Below the pieces are notes generated by a model, which was not told the DNA's origin, made no database searches, and was given only the letters and a program-made list of their open reading frames with translations. The translations under genes and the position numbers were made by a program. A stretch of DNA of 43,675 nucleotides from Actinomycetota bacterium (GTDB lineage: Bacteria > Actinomycetota > UBA4738 > HRBIN12), in NCBI GenBank assembly GCA_038244455.1, contig JBBRTK010000003.1, forward strand, positions 1 through 43,675, given 5' to 3'. Within the stretch, counting starts at the first letter, position 1. Each line of letters opens with the position of its first letter. Shown in pieces: positions 1 to 9,377 of the stretch.

Positions 1-1
1 A

Positions 2-736
2 GAGGCGCGCCAGAAGCGCCTCGAGATCGAGCGAGGGATGGCTGCGCGGAAGCGCAATCGCAAGATCGGCACGGCGCTCGTAGTGGCAGCCATCGTGGCC
101 GTCGTCGCGGTCGTCGTCTTCGCGCCGAAGAAGAAGCCCCCGAGCATGGCCACGCTAGTCAGCCAAGCCGATGCGGCGGCGAAGGCGGCCGGCTGCGACA
201 CGGTCCTCGACACCTCCAACTACGGGAACGCCCCGGGCGCGGACCCGGACATGGACCATCACCACATCGGCGACGCCACCGTCCCAACGCCACCGCCACT
301 CAGCAGTTACGCGTCGATCCCACCGGCGTCCGGCCCGCACAACGCGTCGGCCCTGAAGGGCGGCGTGTACGACTCGCCGCCCGACGTGTACCAGTCGATC
401 CATTCGCTGGAGCACGCGGGCGTGATCATCTGGTACTCCCCGGCAGTGTCCAACTCGTCCGAGATCGCGAGGATCAAGGAGTTCTACTCGCAGACGGCGA
501 ACGTCGGCCAGGCCAAGGTCATCGTGGCGCCGTACGACTACCCCGATCAGGGTGCGGCCGGGCAGCTGAAGCCGGGGGTGGAGATGGCCGTGGTGGCCTG
601 GCATCGCCTGCAGACCTGCGCCACGCCGAGCCTCCCGGTGGCGTTCAGGTTCGCGGCGCAACACGAGTTCCTGGGAGCGCCCATCGCGGGCCAGTCCTAC
701 ATCGGAGTGGCGCGCGAGCAGAACTCGGGGATGTAG
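2..736 (+). CDS. DUF3105 domain-containing membrane-anchored protein (probably 5'-truncated by the window edge)
   Basis: N-terminal TM helix, then PPASGPH, HSLEHAGVIIWY and VAWHRL motifs typical of DUF3105. The frame is open from position 2, upstream of the ATG at 38. Confidence 0.75.
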   Translation, partial: EARQKRLEIERGMAARKRNRKIGTALVVAAIVAVVAVVVFAPKKKPPSMATLVSQADAAAKAAGCDTVLDTSNYGNAPGADPDMDHHHIGDATVPTPPPLSSYASIPPASGPHNASALKGGVYDSPPDVYQSIHSLEHAGVIIWYSPAVSNSSEIARIKEFYSQTANVGQAKVIVAPYDYPDQGAAGQLKPGVEMAVVAWHRLQTCATPSLPVAFRFAAQHEFLGAPIAGQSYIGVAREQNSGM

Positions 737-748
737 CTCAGCGGGGGT

Positions 749-2545
749 TCAGCTGAGGGTGCATCCCGAGGCCTTGCAGGTGATGGTGCCGTGTTCGAAG
801 GTGGCGGAGCTGACGCCGCCGCCCCCGTGTACTCGCGAGGTCGGGAATCCCAGCGCCCCCGACGCCCCGCCGTGGTCAAGGTACGCCTGCAGCACCTTTC
901 CCCACAGCGCGCTGGCCCCGACTCCGGTCTTCGAGTAGATCCGGCCGCGGTTCAGATCGATCCTCTCGCAGCCGTTCGGGCAATCCAGCGTCTTACCGGC
1001 AGCGGTGAGGTCGATGACGTCGCTGATGGGGAACCCGAGGCGCCCTGCGGCGCCGCCGGCTGCGCGGTACTCGTCGAGGATCGCGCCGTTCAGCCACACG
1101 TTCACTCCGGCGTCGGCATTGGCGTAGATCGCGCCTTGCTGGAAGTTCTGGCTGCTGCCGCCGGTGAGCTTCTTCGCCGCGCCCTTGGGAAGACCGGGTG
1201 CGCAGTTCGCGGCGTCGTAGCTGGACCGGATCCCGCCGAGGATGTTGCGGTTGGAGTTGACCCAGACCCGGTCGTCGTACAGCCCCAATCGGGCCCGAAG
1301 ATCCGCTCCGCTGACGGCTGCGCTCTTGCCGTTCGTGCCGTAGGCGGTGATCGTTTCGACCCGGCCCGAAGTGCCACGCTTGCCGGCGCCGAACCGGGAC
1401 ACGGTCTGGAGTTGCCCGCCGAGCCCGAGCGCGCTGGTCACCGAGTCCGCCGAAAGCGTCTTCGACCAGTTGAGCCATGGATCGCCGGGCGCGGAAGCTT
1501 CACCCGGGTCGCAAACGCCGGTGAGGTAAGGGTAGCTCGACTGCGGTGTTCCCCACTGGACCTGGATGTCCTCGGTGTGACCGCCGTCGGAGGCCGTGAA
1601 GAACGTGTCGGCCACGGCGTGCTGGTATTCGACCGCTTCCGAGGCCGTGGCCTGGACGGCGCTCACCCACCGCGCCCCGTCTGGTCCGCTCGACTTGTTC
1701 CAGCCGATGTAGGTCTGGTCGTTGGCGCCGTCCACGACGTCGCAGCCGCAGGCGCTCTGCAGCGGATAGTGCTGCATCTTGTAGACGGCGTAGCTGCGGG
1801 CCGCGACCGCCTGGGTCTCGAGGGCCTGCATCGGCCAGCTGCTCGGCATCTCGCCGATGCCCAGGAGGTAGTCCTCCAGCGCGATCGGCAGCACGACCTT
1901 CATGACCCTGGCCGCGGGCGCACCGGTCATCTCCACCTGGATGTAGCCATGGTCGTACGAGGCACCAGCCTGTGGGATGGTCACGCGAGCCCCGCTGGAC
2001 ACATACGTCGCGAACAGGTCGAGCGTCGGGCCGCCCACGGGGGCGCCCCCGACCACCGCGCCATTCTCATCGACGATCTTGTAGCCGCCCGCGACGGCAT
2101 GCACCGTCCATGTCTTCCCGCCCGGCACTTGTCCGATGAGGGTGCCCGTATCGGGATCGCCCGTCAGGATGCTTACGGGACCGCCAACCGCATGCAACGA
2201 GATCACGGAGTTCCCAGCCGTGAGGCCGACCGTGATGGTTTTCGGGAGCGTGGTCTCGTTCACGACGTTCGTGCCGGAGTAGAAGTGTTCGAGGATCCGG
2301 GTGTGGTTCCAGCCTTGCTGGGCCAAGCCGTAGGCGCCCCACTGCGACATCCCGAGCCCGTGACCCCATCCCGAACCGAAGAACGTGAACGTGCCCGGTG
2401 CTCTTAGGGCGGCGCCCGGATCGGACGCGGGGCCCGCGACCAGCGCCGAACCGTTGCCGGCGGCGGAGCCGGCGGCACCAGCCGGGGAGGTGAGCGCTGC
2501 GACCACGAAGATCGCGGCGACGAGTGAGAACAAGCGTCGCATCAT
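749..2545 (-). CDS. SpoIID/LytB domain protein (putative peptidoglycan lytic transglycosylase) with C-terminal LGFP repeats, secreted
   Basis: Signal peptide MMRRLFSLVAAIF...AGA; GWGHGLGMSQWGA; LEDYLLGIGEMPSSW...ALETQAVAARSYA; FTASDGGHT; LGFPIS/LGFPTS repeats. Start moved to the ATG at 2545 (alternative 2542). Confidence 0.85.
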   Translation of the reverse strand: MMRRLFSLVAAIFVVAALTSPAGAAGSAAGNGSALVAGPASDPGAALRAPGTFTFFGSGWGHGLGMSQWGAYGLAQQGWNHTRILEHFYSGTNVVNETTLPKTITVGLTAGNSVISLHAVGGPVSILTGDPDTGTLIGQVPGGKTWTVHAVAGGYKIVDENGAVVGGAPVGGPTLDLFATYVSSGARVTIPQAGASYDHGYIQVEMTGAPAARVMKVVLPIALEDYLLGIGEMPSSWPMQALETQAVAARSYAVYKMQHYPLQSACGCDVVDGANDQTYIGWNKSSGPDGARWVSAVQATASEAVEYQHAVADTFFTASDGGHTEDIQVQWGTPQSSYPYLTGVCDPGEASAPGDPWLNWSKTLSADSVTSALGLGGQLQTVSRFGAGKRGTSGRVETITAYGTNGKSAAVSGADLRARLGLYDDRVWVNSNRNILGGIRSSYDAANCAPGLPKGAAKKLTGGSSQNFQQGAIYANADAGVNVWLNGAILDEYRAAGGAAGRLGFPISDVIDLTAAGKTLDCPNGCERIDLNRGRIYSKTGVGASALWGKVLQAYLDHGGASGALGFPTSRVHGGGGVSSATFEHGTITCKASGCTLS

Positions 2546-2631
2546 AAGAAGGAGGGTTCCCCTGGTCGGGCTTCGCACGCTATCACATCGGCTCCACGAG
2601 ACCGGAAGGCGAGCGGCCGTTCGGGGGACGG

Positions 2632-3651
2632 TCAGGCGGGACCGTACGTGGTGTTCGATGCAACCCGTTCTCCTTGCAGCGTAGCGTTAGCTGGGACAAC
2701 GGCGCCCTGGCCCAGAACGGAATCCTCAACCGTCGCGCCGTCGCCCACCTCCGCGCCGGCTCCTATCACGCTCCGCACGACCCTCGCGCCCGCCAAGACC
2801 CGCGCGCCGGGATGCAGCACCGAATCGTCGATCTGTGCGCCGGGCCCGACCAGCGCGCCCGGCCCGATGGCGACCCAGCGCCCCAGATGGGCCCGCAGGT
2901 CGATCTCGGCTCCTTCCCCCACCCATGGGGCGGCGTACGTCACGTCGTGCACCTTGCCTTCGAGCATGTCGAAATGCGCCTGGAGGTAGTTCTCGGGCGT
3001 GCCCAGGTCCAGCCAGTACGCGTCAGATGGGAACCCGTAGACGGGGCTGCCAGAGGCGATGACCGCAGGGAAGACCTCGCGTTCGATAGAGGAGGCCTGG
3101 CCCGGTTCCCACCGATCGAGCGCCGAGGGGTCGATCAGGTAGGTGCCGGCGTTGATCTCCCCCGGGATGAGATCGGCCGGCTTCTCGCGGAATTCCTCCA
3201 CCCTGCCGTCCGCATCCGTGATCACCAGCCCGAACGCGCGGGCGTCGTCCACGTGGTGCAGCGCGATCGTCGCGGCCGCGCCGTGCTCGCGGTGTTGCGC
3301 GAGCATGGTAGTCAGGTCGAGGTCGGTCAGGATGTCGCCGTTGAGCGCGAAGAACGGTTCCGCCCCCAGCTGGTCCAGGGCGTTGACGATGGCACCCCCG
3401 GTCCCGAGCGGCGCAGCCTCCGTGATCCAGGTCACGCGCGGGTGCCCCTCCCTCGATTCGATGAACGGCGCGAACGTCTCCTCCAGGTACGGGCTGGACA
3501 ACACGACCTCGGTGACGCCGTGGCGGCCGAGATGATCCAGAACGTGCGAGAGCGAGGGCCGGTCCACGAGCGGCAGCAGGGGCTTCGGCATGGTCTCGGT
3601 CAGCGGCCGCATGCGCGTGCCTTCCCCACCCACCAACACGACGGCCTTCAT
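2632..3651 (-). CDS. NDP-sugar synthase / mannose-1-phosphate guanylyltransferase-like (NTP transferase + hexapeptide repeats)
   Basis: MKAVVLVGGEGTRMRPLT..PKPLLP, LGTGGAI, NGDILTD, FREKP, WLDLGTP and a C-terminal LbH repeat region. The ATG at 3651 overlaps the upstream TGA. Confidence 0.85.
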   Translation of the reverse strand: MKAVVLVGGEGTRMRPLTETMPKPLLPLVDRPSLSHVLDHLGRHGVTEVVLSSPYLEETFAPFIESREGHPRVTWITEAAPLGTGGAIVNALDQLGAEPFFALNGDILTDLDLTTMLAQHREHGAAATIALHHVDDARAFGLVITDADGRVEEFREKPADLIPGEINAGTYLIDPSALDRWEPGQASSIEREVFPAVIASGSPVYGFPSDAYWLDLGTPENYLQAHFDMLEGKVHDVTYAAPWVGEGAEIDLRAHLGRWVAIGPGALVGPGAQIDDSVLHPGARVLAGARVVRSVIGAGAEVGDGATVEDSVLGQGAVVPANATLQGERVASNTTYGPA

Positions 3652-4520
3652 CAGCGAACGAACCTCCCTTTCAGCCATGCGATCTCGGCACGCGCTTCCA
3701 ACGCCATCCACGCGAACGGGACGGTCACCTTCCGCCACCCCCTCGCTCGGTGCTTACGGTAGTACCGGAGGATAGAGGCCGAATGCATACGGCTCATCCT
3801 GCGCGAGCGGCCCGTCGAGACCCCGATGGCGTGGATGATCTCCACTTTCGGCGTGAAGCGTACCGACCACCCGGCGTTCCGAAGTCGCGTCGCCATGTCG
3901 AGCTCCTCGGCGTAGAGCGGGAACCCTTCGTCGAAGAGCCCGACGGCGTCGAAGGCGGCGCGCGGCATCAGCATGCAGGCCCCGCTCACCCAGTCCACGG
4001 TTCGTTCGGTGGTCCGGTCCCAGCCTTCCATGTGGTAGCGGCGCGTGAACGCGTTCCCCGGCACGAACGGCGAGAGGAATGCGTGTCCCACCGCGTCGAC
4101 CACGCTGGGGAAGGGACGGCCGCTGGGGTACATAGATCCATCCGGGTTACGGATGGCGGGGCCCACGATCCCGGCCTTCGGGTGCTCGCGTGCGGCGGCC
4201 ACGTAGTCCGCCAGCGTGCCGTGAAACCATTCGGCATCGGGGTTGAGCAGGAGGACGTAGGGCGCTTCCGTCGCACCGATGCCCTGGTTCCATGCCGGGG
4301 AAAGGTAGACGTTGCGAGGGTTCTCGATCAGTCGGGCCCACGGGTGTGCGGCCACAGCGCGCCGATGCGAGTTGTCGCGCGAGGCGTTGTCGATGACCAG
4401 CACGTCGGTAGTGATCTGGCCGCGGTGCCTCTCCAGCGACGCGAGACACCGCTCCAGGTAGCCGCGCGTGTTGTAGTTCACGATGACGACGGCGAGCTCG
4501 GCGCCCGCAAGCGACGTCAT
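3651..4520 (-). CDS. Family 2 glycosyltransferase (WbbL-like rhamnosyltransferase)
   Basis: VVIVNYN, VIDNAS, LLLNPD, DWVSGACM and FDEGFPLYAEELD motifs; lies in an rml cluster. Confidence 0.85.
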   Translation of the reverse strand: MTSLAGAELAVVIVNYNTRGYLERCLASLERHRGQITTDVLVIDNASRDNSHRRAVAAHPWARLIENPRNVYLSPAWNQGIGATEAPYVLLLNPDAEWFHGTLADYVAAAREHPKAGIVGPAIRNPDGSMYPSGRPFPSVVDAVGHAFLSPFVPGNAFTRRYHMEGWDRTTERTVDWVSGACMLMPRAAFDAVGLFDEGFPLYAEELDMATRLRNAGWSVRFTPKVEIIHAIGVSTGRSRRMSRMHSASILRYYRKHRARGWRKVTVPFAWMALEARAEIAWLKGRFVR

Positions 4521-4891
4521 GCGGTGCGGGCGACCAGGATGATCCCCGCGATGATGAACGCTACACCCGCCCAGCGGAGCGGCGGAACGGATTCATGCAA
4601 CACGGTGAGGGATGCCAACACGATGATCACGTACCCGAGCGCCGCGAACGGATAGGCGAAGGACAACTCGACCCGGGAGAGGGCGAACAGCCAGACCACC
4701 GCGGACAGGCCGAACAGCACGAGCCCGCCCCACACCACGGGCGAGGCCGCCAGATCCTTCAGTCCCCCGGCTCCGAGGGCGATGTGTCCACCGCCGCCCG
4801 CCTTGGTAGTTACCCGGTCGACGCCGACCTTCAACGTGACCTGTGCCACGCCGGCCAGGAAGACCGACACGAGGATGAGGACGATGTTCAT
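4517..4891 (-). CDS. Small 4-TM EamA/SMR-family transporter (ArnE/ArnF-like)
   Basis: Four hydrophobic helices; WLFALSRVELSFAYPFAALGY motif. A GAAAGG RBS precedes the ATG at 4891 (alternative GTG at 4936). Confidence 0.75.
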   Translation of the reverse strand: MNIVLILVSVFLAGVAQVTLKVGVDRVTTKAGGGGHIALGAGGLKDLAASPVVWGGLVLFGLSAVVWLFALSRVELSFAYPFAALGYVIIVLASLTVLHESVPPLRWAGVAFIIAGIILVARTA

Positions 4892-4932
4892 GGGGTCGCC
4901 TTTCGTATGGGTTGGGGACGGCGCGGGCGCGC

Positions 4933-6108
4933 TCACAGATCTTCCACCGCCGCATCCATCGTGATGAACACCTGGTCGCGGCGCTCGCCCGACTGCTGGA
5001 CCTCGAACGAATACCGTTGGTCCTGCACGTGATAGACGCGGCTCGCATCACGTCCGTGGACGCCCAGCGTCACCCAGTACCGTCCTTGGACGAGCGGCAT
5101 CGCGCGGAGATGGAACGTCACCCTCTTCTTCCCGTCGAAACGCCCGAGTTGGATCTGCTCGGAGACGGTGTCGCCACCGAACACGTAGCGATTCGTGCCG
5201 TCGTGGAGCGCGAATGACACCACCGGGTCATCGATCGGCGTGTTGGCCTTGAGATCGACCTGGATCGTGAGGGATTCTCCGGGGTGGACGGGGCCCTCCG
5301 TGGCGCCCGAGGCGCGGATCAGCTCGGCGCCCATGATCTCGATCTCCTTGGAGCCTTCCTCGGTGGCGTAGTCCAGGTCCTTGTGCAGGATCTTCAGTCT
5401 GAGGGCGCGCACCACCTCGTCGGGTTGGCCCACCTTGTACACCGCGCCGTGGTCGAGCATCACCGCTTGGTCGCAGATCTGGCGAACGGTGTCGAGCGCG
5501 TGGGTGACCAGGACGATCGTTCGCCCGTCACGCTGGAACTGGGCGACGCGGTCCAGGCAGCGGGCCTGGAAGGCCTCGTCACCGACGGCCAAGACCTCGT
5601 CGATGAGCAGGATGTCGGGATCGACGTGAACCGCCACGGCGAACCCCAGCCGCACCAACATCCCGGACGAGTAGAACTTCACCTGCGTGTCCATGAAGTC
5701 GCCGAGCTCGGCGAAGCCCACGATGTCGTCGAACACCTTGTCGGTGTCCTTGCGACCCAGGCCCAGGAACGCGGCGTTGAGGTAGACGTTCTCGCGGCCG
5801 GTGAGTTCGGGGTGGAATCCCGCGCCCAGCTCCAGCAGCGCCGCGATCCGGCCTCGCTGGCGGATGATGCCCTCGGTTGGACGCAGGATCCCCGCGATGC
5901 ATTTCAAGAGCGTGGTCTTGCCCGACCCGTTGTGACCGATCAACGCGACCGACTTGCCCTGCGGCACCTCGAACGTCACGTTCTTCAGCGCCCAGAAGTC
6001 CTCGGCGCGCGTACGGCCCGACAGGAGCCGCGCCTTGAGCGAGCTGGGTTTCTCGCGATACAGGCGGAAGACCTTGGAAACATCGGCGATCTCGATGGCG
6101 GCCGGCAC
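4933..6108 (-). CDS. wzt: Polysaccharide ABC exporter ATP-binding subunit with C-terminal Wzt_C carbohydrate-binding domain
   Basis: Walker A GHNGSGKT, LELGAGFHPELTGREN, YSSGM signature, LLIDEVLAVGD, VTH; ~140-aa beta-rich C-terminal extension. Confidence 0.9.
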   Translation of the reverse strand: MPAAIEIADVSKVFRLYREKPSSLKARLLSGRTRAEDFWALKNVTFEVPQGKSVALIGHNGSGKTTLLKCIAGILRPTEGIIRQRGRIAALLELGAGFHPELTGRENVYLNAAFLGLGRKDTDKVFDDIVGFAELGDFMDTQVKFYSSGMLVRLGFAVAVHVDPDILLIDEVLAVGDEAFQARCLDRVAQFQRDGRTIVLVTHALDTVRQICDQAVMLDHGAVYKVGQPDEVVRALRLKILHKDLDYATEEGSKEIEIMGAELIRASGATEGPVHPGESLTIQVDLKANTPIDDPVVSFALHDGTNRYVFGGDTVSEQIQLGRFDGKKRVTFHLRAMPLVQGRYWVTLGVHGRDASRVYHVQDQRYSFEVQQSGERRDQVFITMDAAVEDL

Positions 6109-7008
6109 CTACAGCTCCTCCGCGAAGTCGCCGGACATCCGGAAGAACGTGCCCCACGTGAACCGGAGCAGGATGAGCGAGGCGGCCAGGACCGCGACAA
6201 GGAGCCCCGCCACCCACATAAGGCTGACGTCCGGCAACACGGTGTGCGCCGGCTTGCCCGCCTCGACCAACACATGCACCCCGTACAACGCTCGCTGGAA
6301 CCCCATCACGATCGGCGTCATCGGGTTGAGGAGGTAGAGCTTCCAGAACAGCGGGTGTCCCTTGACCACGACGAAGTAGTTCTGCACCAGCCAGCCCGAG
6401 TACACGATCGAGGTGAACCAGAACCAGACCAGGAGCCCCAGGTTCACCAGGTGCTGGATGTCCCGGTAGCGAACGTTCAACGCCGACACGAAGAACGTGA
6501 CCGCGGTCGTGAACACGAGCAGCGCGAGGAACGAAAGCGGATAGAGCAACAAGGTGGCGAGCGACACCGGATAGCGGGTGGCCAGCATGAACAACAGGAG
6601 CACCGCCGACTGCAGGACGAAGTCCACCAGGGACACCCCGATCGCCGCCAGCGGCAACAGCTCCCTGGGGAAGTAGACCTTCTTCACCAGGTTCGCGTTG
6701 TCCAGAACGGCCCGGGCACCTTGCGTGAGCGAGACGGAGAACATGTTCCAGGCGAGCAGCCCGGAGAGCAGGAATACGGGGAAATGCTTGATGTTGTTGC
6801 CCGTCACGATCACAACGAAGGTGAACACGATGAGGAACACGACGGGGTTCAGCAGCGACCACACCGCGCCCAGGACCGAGGCCGTGTACTTCACCTTCAG
6901 TTCCTTGCGGACCAGGTTCAGCAGGATCTCGCGGTAGCCGTACAGCTCGCGGACACGCCGGAAGACCTGCAGCTTGGGTGGTTCGGATGTGCGTTCGGTG
7001 ACGTTCAT
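6109..7008 (-). CDS. wzm: Polysaccharide ABC exporter permease
   Basis: ELKVKYTASVLGAVWSLLNP, NLVKKVYFPRE, RYRDIQHL, LNPMTPI; about 6 TM helices; adjacent to wzt. Confidence 0.9.
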   Translation of the reverse strand: MNVTERTSEPPKLQVFRRVRELYGYREILLNLVRKELKVKYTASVLGAVWSLLNPVVFLIVFTFVVIVTGNNIKHFPVFLLSGLLAWNMFSVSLTQGARAVLDNANLVKKVYFPRELLPLAAIGVSLVDFVLQSAVLLLFMLATRYPVSLATLLLYPLSFLALLVFTTAVTFFVSALNVRYRDIQHLVNLGLLVWFWFTSIVYSGWLVQNYFVVVKGHPLFWKLYLLNPMTPIVMGFQRALYGVHVLVEAGKPAHTVLPDVSLMWVAGLLVAVLAASLILLRFTWGTFFRMSGDFAEEL

Positions 7009-7083
7009 CGCGGTGGCGATAGCTGCACTCCTACGGGTCGCGAACACGCAGGCCAGCGCGTTCGCACGAGTCTAGCAACCGGG

Positions 7084-7890
7084 TCAGGCCTGACCTTGAA
7101 GGTTCGATGGCGTTCCTTTGAAGGTCCCCATGGCTCGCAGGTACGAGATGCCGGGGAGTTCGCCCGCCCCGGTGTCCCCCGCGCCCATGTCGGCCAGGGC
7201 GCCCGCCCACATCTCGAGGGCATCGTGAGCGGGGTCCGTCACCATCGCCAGCGTCTCCTGGATGACGCGAGAGAGCGATGGCACCGCGTCCGGGCCGGGC
7301 GCGATCACGCTGGTCGGGGTCAGCGATCCCAGCGCCTGGAGTTGATCAGCCAGGCCCCGGTGGGACACGACCAGGAACTTCGCCCGCCGGGCCAGATGCG
7401 CAACGGTCGCCAGCCCGAAACGCTCCTCCTCTGGAAGGTCCGGACCGAGGCTGTCCTGCGCGTCCCTCGCGATGTGCGCCGCGCGATAGCCGAGCGGGTC
7501 TCCCAGCCCTCGCAGCCGCCAGAGCAATGGGGAGATGTCGGCGACATCCAGCAGGATGACGCTCGACGCGATGAACGCGGCGCGGTAGGCGTTCAGGTAG
7601 AGGCCAGGGTCGGCCCCGATCTCGATCACGGCGACGTGGTAGCCGTGCGACCTGTGGACGTCGCCGGGCTTCACGGGCCAGGACCGGTCGATGCGGACAG
7701 CCGTGGGGAACCCCGCGGCGTGCAGCGCCGCCACCGACAGGCGCGAGGGCGGGACCATGAGGAAGACGTCCCCCAGCGTGCCCGGCACCAAGATCTTAGG
7801 CCCGAAGGATCGGCGGCCGGCGGCCCACGCGATCCGCCCCAGGCGCGTATGCCGCGGGATGAACCGCACGGCGACGTCACGCAGGCTCAT
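7084..7890 (-). CDS. Hypothetical protein resembling a degenerate, internally deleted GT4 glycosyltransferase
   Basis: ATGA overlap with the upstream GT4 stop. Segments loosely echo a GT4 N-terminal domain (AVIEIGADPGLY...VILLD; AKFLVVSHRGLADQL...TSVIAPG), but there is no C-terminal ExG(X)5E motif. Confidence 0.5.
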   Translation of the reverse strand: MSLRDVAVRFIPRHTRLGRIAWAAGRRSFGPKILVPGTLGDVFLMVPPSRLSVAALHAAGFPTAVRIDRSWPVKPGDVHRSHGYHVAVIEIGADPGLYLNAYRAAFIASSVILLDVADISPLLWRLRGLGDPLGYRAAHIARDAQDSLGPDLPEEERFGLATVAHLARRAKFLVVSHRGLADQLQALGSLTPTSVIAPGPDAVPSLSRVIQETLAMVTDPAHDALEMWAGALADMGAGDTGAGELPGISYLRAMGTFKGTPSNLQGQA

Positions 7891-8939
7891 GGCCCCAGCA
7901 GTCGTTCGACGATCTTGGGCCAGCCGGGCACGGTGTCGCGGACGCGGACGCGACCTGCCGCGCCGAGACGCGCGGCGAGCGCCCGGTCGGCGTGGAGCCT
8001 GTCGATGGCGGCCGCGATGGCCGTGGCGTCCGGTTCGGCGACGAGGCCCGTCTGTTCGTGGTCGACGAACTCCAGCGGTCCGCCGCTGTCGGAGCAGGTG
8101 ATGACCGGCCGTTCGGCGGCCATGCCCTCGATCGTGACGTAGCCGTAGTCCTCGTCGAAGGGTGGGTAGAGCACGGCGAGGGCGGTCAGGTATAGCTCGT
8201 GCAGCCGCGCGTCGCTGACACCGATCTCCAGCCGGACGCGGTCCGCGAGCCCGTGCCGGTCGATCAGCTCCCGCAGCATCGGTTCGTCGGGGCCGCGGCC
8301 CACCAGCACCAGTGACACCGGCGAGCGGACGTGTCGCATGGCTTCGATGGCCAGGGCTTGGCGCTTCACCGGTTCGAAGCGGCCGGGCAGGAATACGTGG
8401 TCGCCATAGGGTCCGGGCTGCTCGTCCAGAAGCGCCATCGTCGCGTCCGACGGGTGATAGAGGACCTCGCCCTGGATCCGCAGCGACTCCCACAGCCGGC
8501 GCTTGACGTTCGCCGAGTTGGTGAAGATCCTCGACGCCTCGTCGAACCCCACGCGATCGGCGTTCACGATCATGTCGCGGATCGCAGGCCCCTGGGGCTG
8601 GAGGGACAGATCGGCGAACTCGGGATGGTCCCAGAGGTCGTAGGCGGTCCGGTGCTGGTGGACCAGCCAGACGATCTTGCGTTCGTGGTGGACGAGGTAG
8701 GCGGGGAACTTCAGCGCGACCACCGCGTCGACCTTCAGCCCGTTGGACTCGGAGATGTCGAAGCTCCGCCAGATCGCCATGTTGTGCGCGAGCCGCGCGG
8801 GCGGGAACCATTGCCAGGCGATGGTGACCAGGTCCGCCTCGTGACCGGCCTCCTGGAGCGCGCGGACCAGCGCCTGCGCGTGCGCCTCCGCTCCCCCACG
8901 CACGAACGCGGCCTGCGGATGCAGGACCGCGATCCTCAC
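7887..8939 (-). CDS. Family 4 glycosyltransferase
   Basis: GGAEAH near the N-terminus, GRFEPVKRQ, PPFDEDYGYVTIEGMAAERPVI, SGGPLEFV. Confidence 0.9.
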   Translation of the reverse strand: MRIAVLHPQAAFVRGGAEAHAQALVRALQEAGHEADLVTIAWQWFPPARLAHNMAIWRSFDISESNGLKVDAVVALKFPAYLVHHERKIVWLVHQHRTAYDLWDHPEFADLSLQPQGPAIRDMIVNADRVGFDEASRIFTNSANVKRRLWESLRIQGEVLYHPSDATMALLDEQPGPYGDHVFLPGRFEPVKRQALAIEAMRHVRSPVSLVLVGRGPDEPMLRELIDRHGLADRVRLEIGVSDARLHELYLTALAVLYPPFDEDYGYVTIEGMAAERPVITCSDSGGPLEFVDHEQTGLVAEPDATAIAAAIDRLHADRALAARLGAAGRVRVRDTVPGWPKIVERLLGP

Positions 8940-9331
8940 TCGGCCGAACCTCGCCGGTCCGCGCCGCCCATCTGGACCAGCAGGACGCGGAGCTCTTCGA
9001 GTTCGGCCTCAACCGCCAACAGCCGGTCGGCGAGCGCCTTGGTCAGCTCGGCCTGATCCGCGATGAGACGGTCGTAGCGGCGCGTGATCGGCCTGGCCAT
9101 GCGGAACATCCGATACTTGAAGAAGCGTCGGCCGCGCCCGGCCGAGATGAGGTTGGCTTCACCGAGCGGGATCAGGACCCGTTCGTCGGCCCGAACCTGG
9201 GTTGCCATCTCGCGGAGCCTGTCGCGAACCTCCGCGGTGCCCATGTTCCCCTTCGCCGCGTGTTCCTGCGCCCAGTACAGTTCGCGAGCGAGCGCGTCGC
9301 GGGCGTCGTCTTCCAGGGGTTTGGGGGCCAT
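8936..9331 (-). CDS. Hypothetical protein with C-terminal coiled coil
   Basis: GTGA overlap with the GT4 start; heptad-like LIADQAELTKALADRLLAVEAELEELRVLL; TAGGCT -10-like hexamer upstream. Confidence 0.65.
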   Translation of the reverse strand: MAPKPLEDDARDALARELYWAQEHAAKGNMGTAEVRDRLREMATQVRADERVLIPLGEANLISAGRGRRFFKYRMFRMARPITRRYDRLIADQAELTKALADRLLAVEAELEELRVLLVQMGGADRRGSAE

Positions 9332-9377
9332 CGTTGCAGGTCAGCCTAGCAGCCGGATGGACGGCGTCCGAACGCGC

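Noticed and set aside
5284-8142. 952-aa plus-strand ORF and similar long antisense ORFs (791-2407, 22573-24321, 28551-30293, 32753-34375, 35950-37827, 40315-41799)
   Set aside because: They are shadows of well-supported opposite-strand genes, expected in high-GC DNA, and have no recognisable motifs.
7891-9012. N-terminal extension making 7084-9012 a 642-aa protein (possible frameshift fusion)
   Set aside because: The extension is Arg/Pro-rich off-frame translation of the GT4 gene; an ATGA coupling at 7887-7890 gives a clean start.
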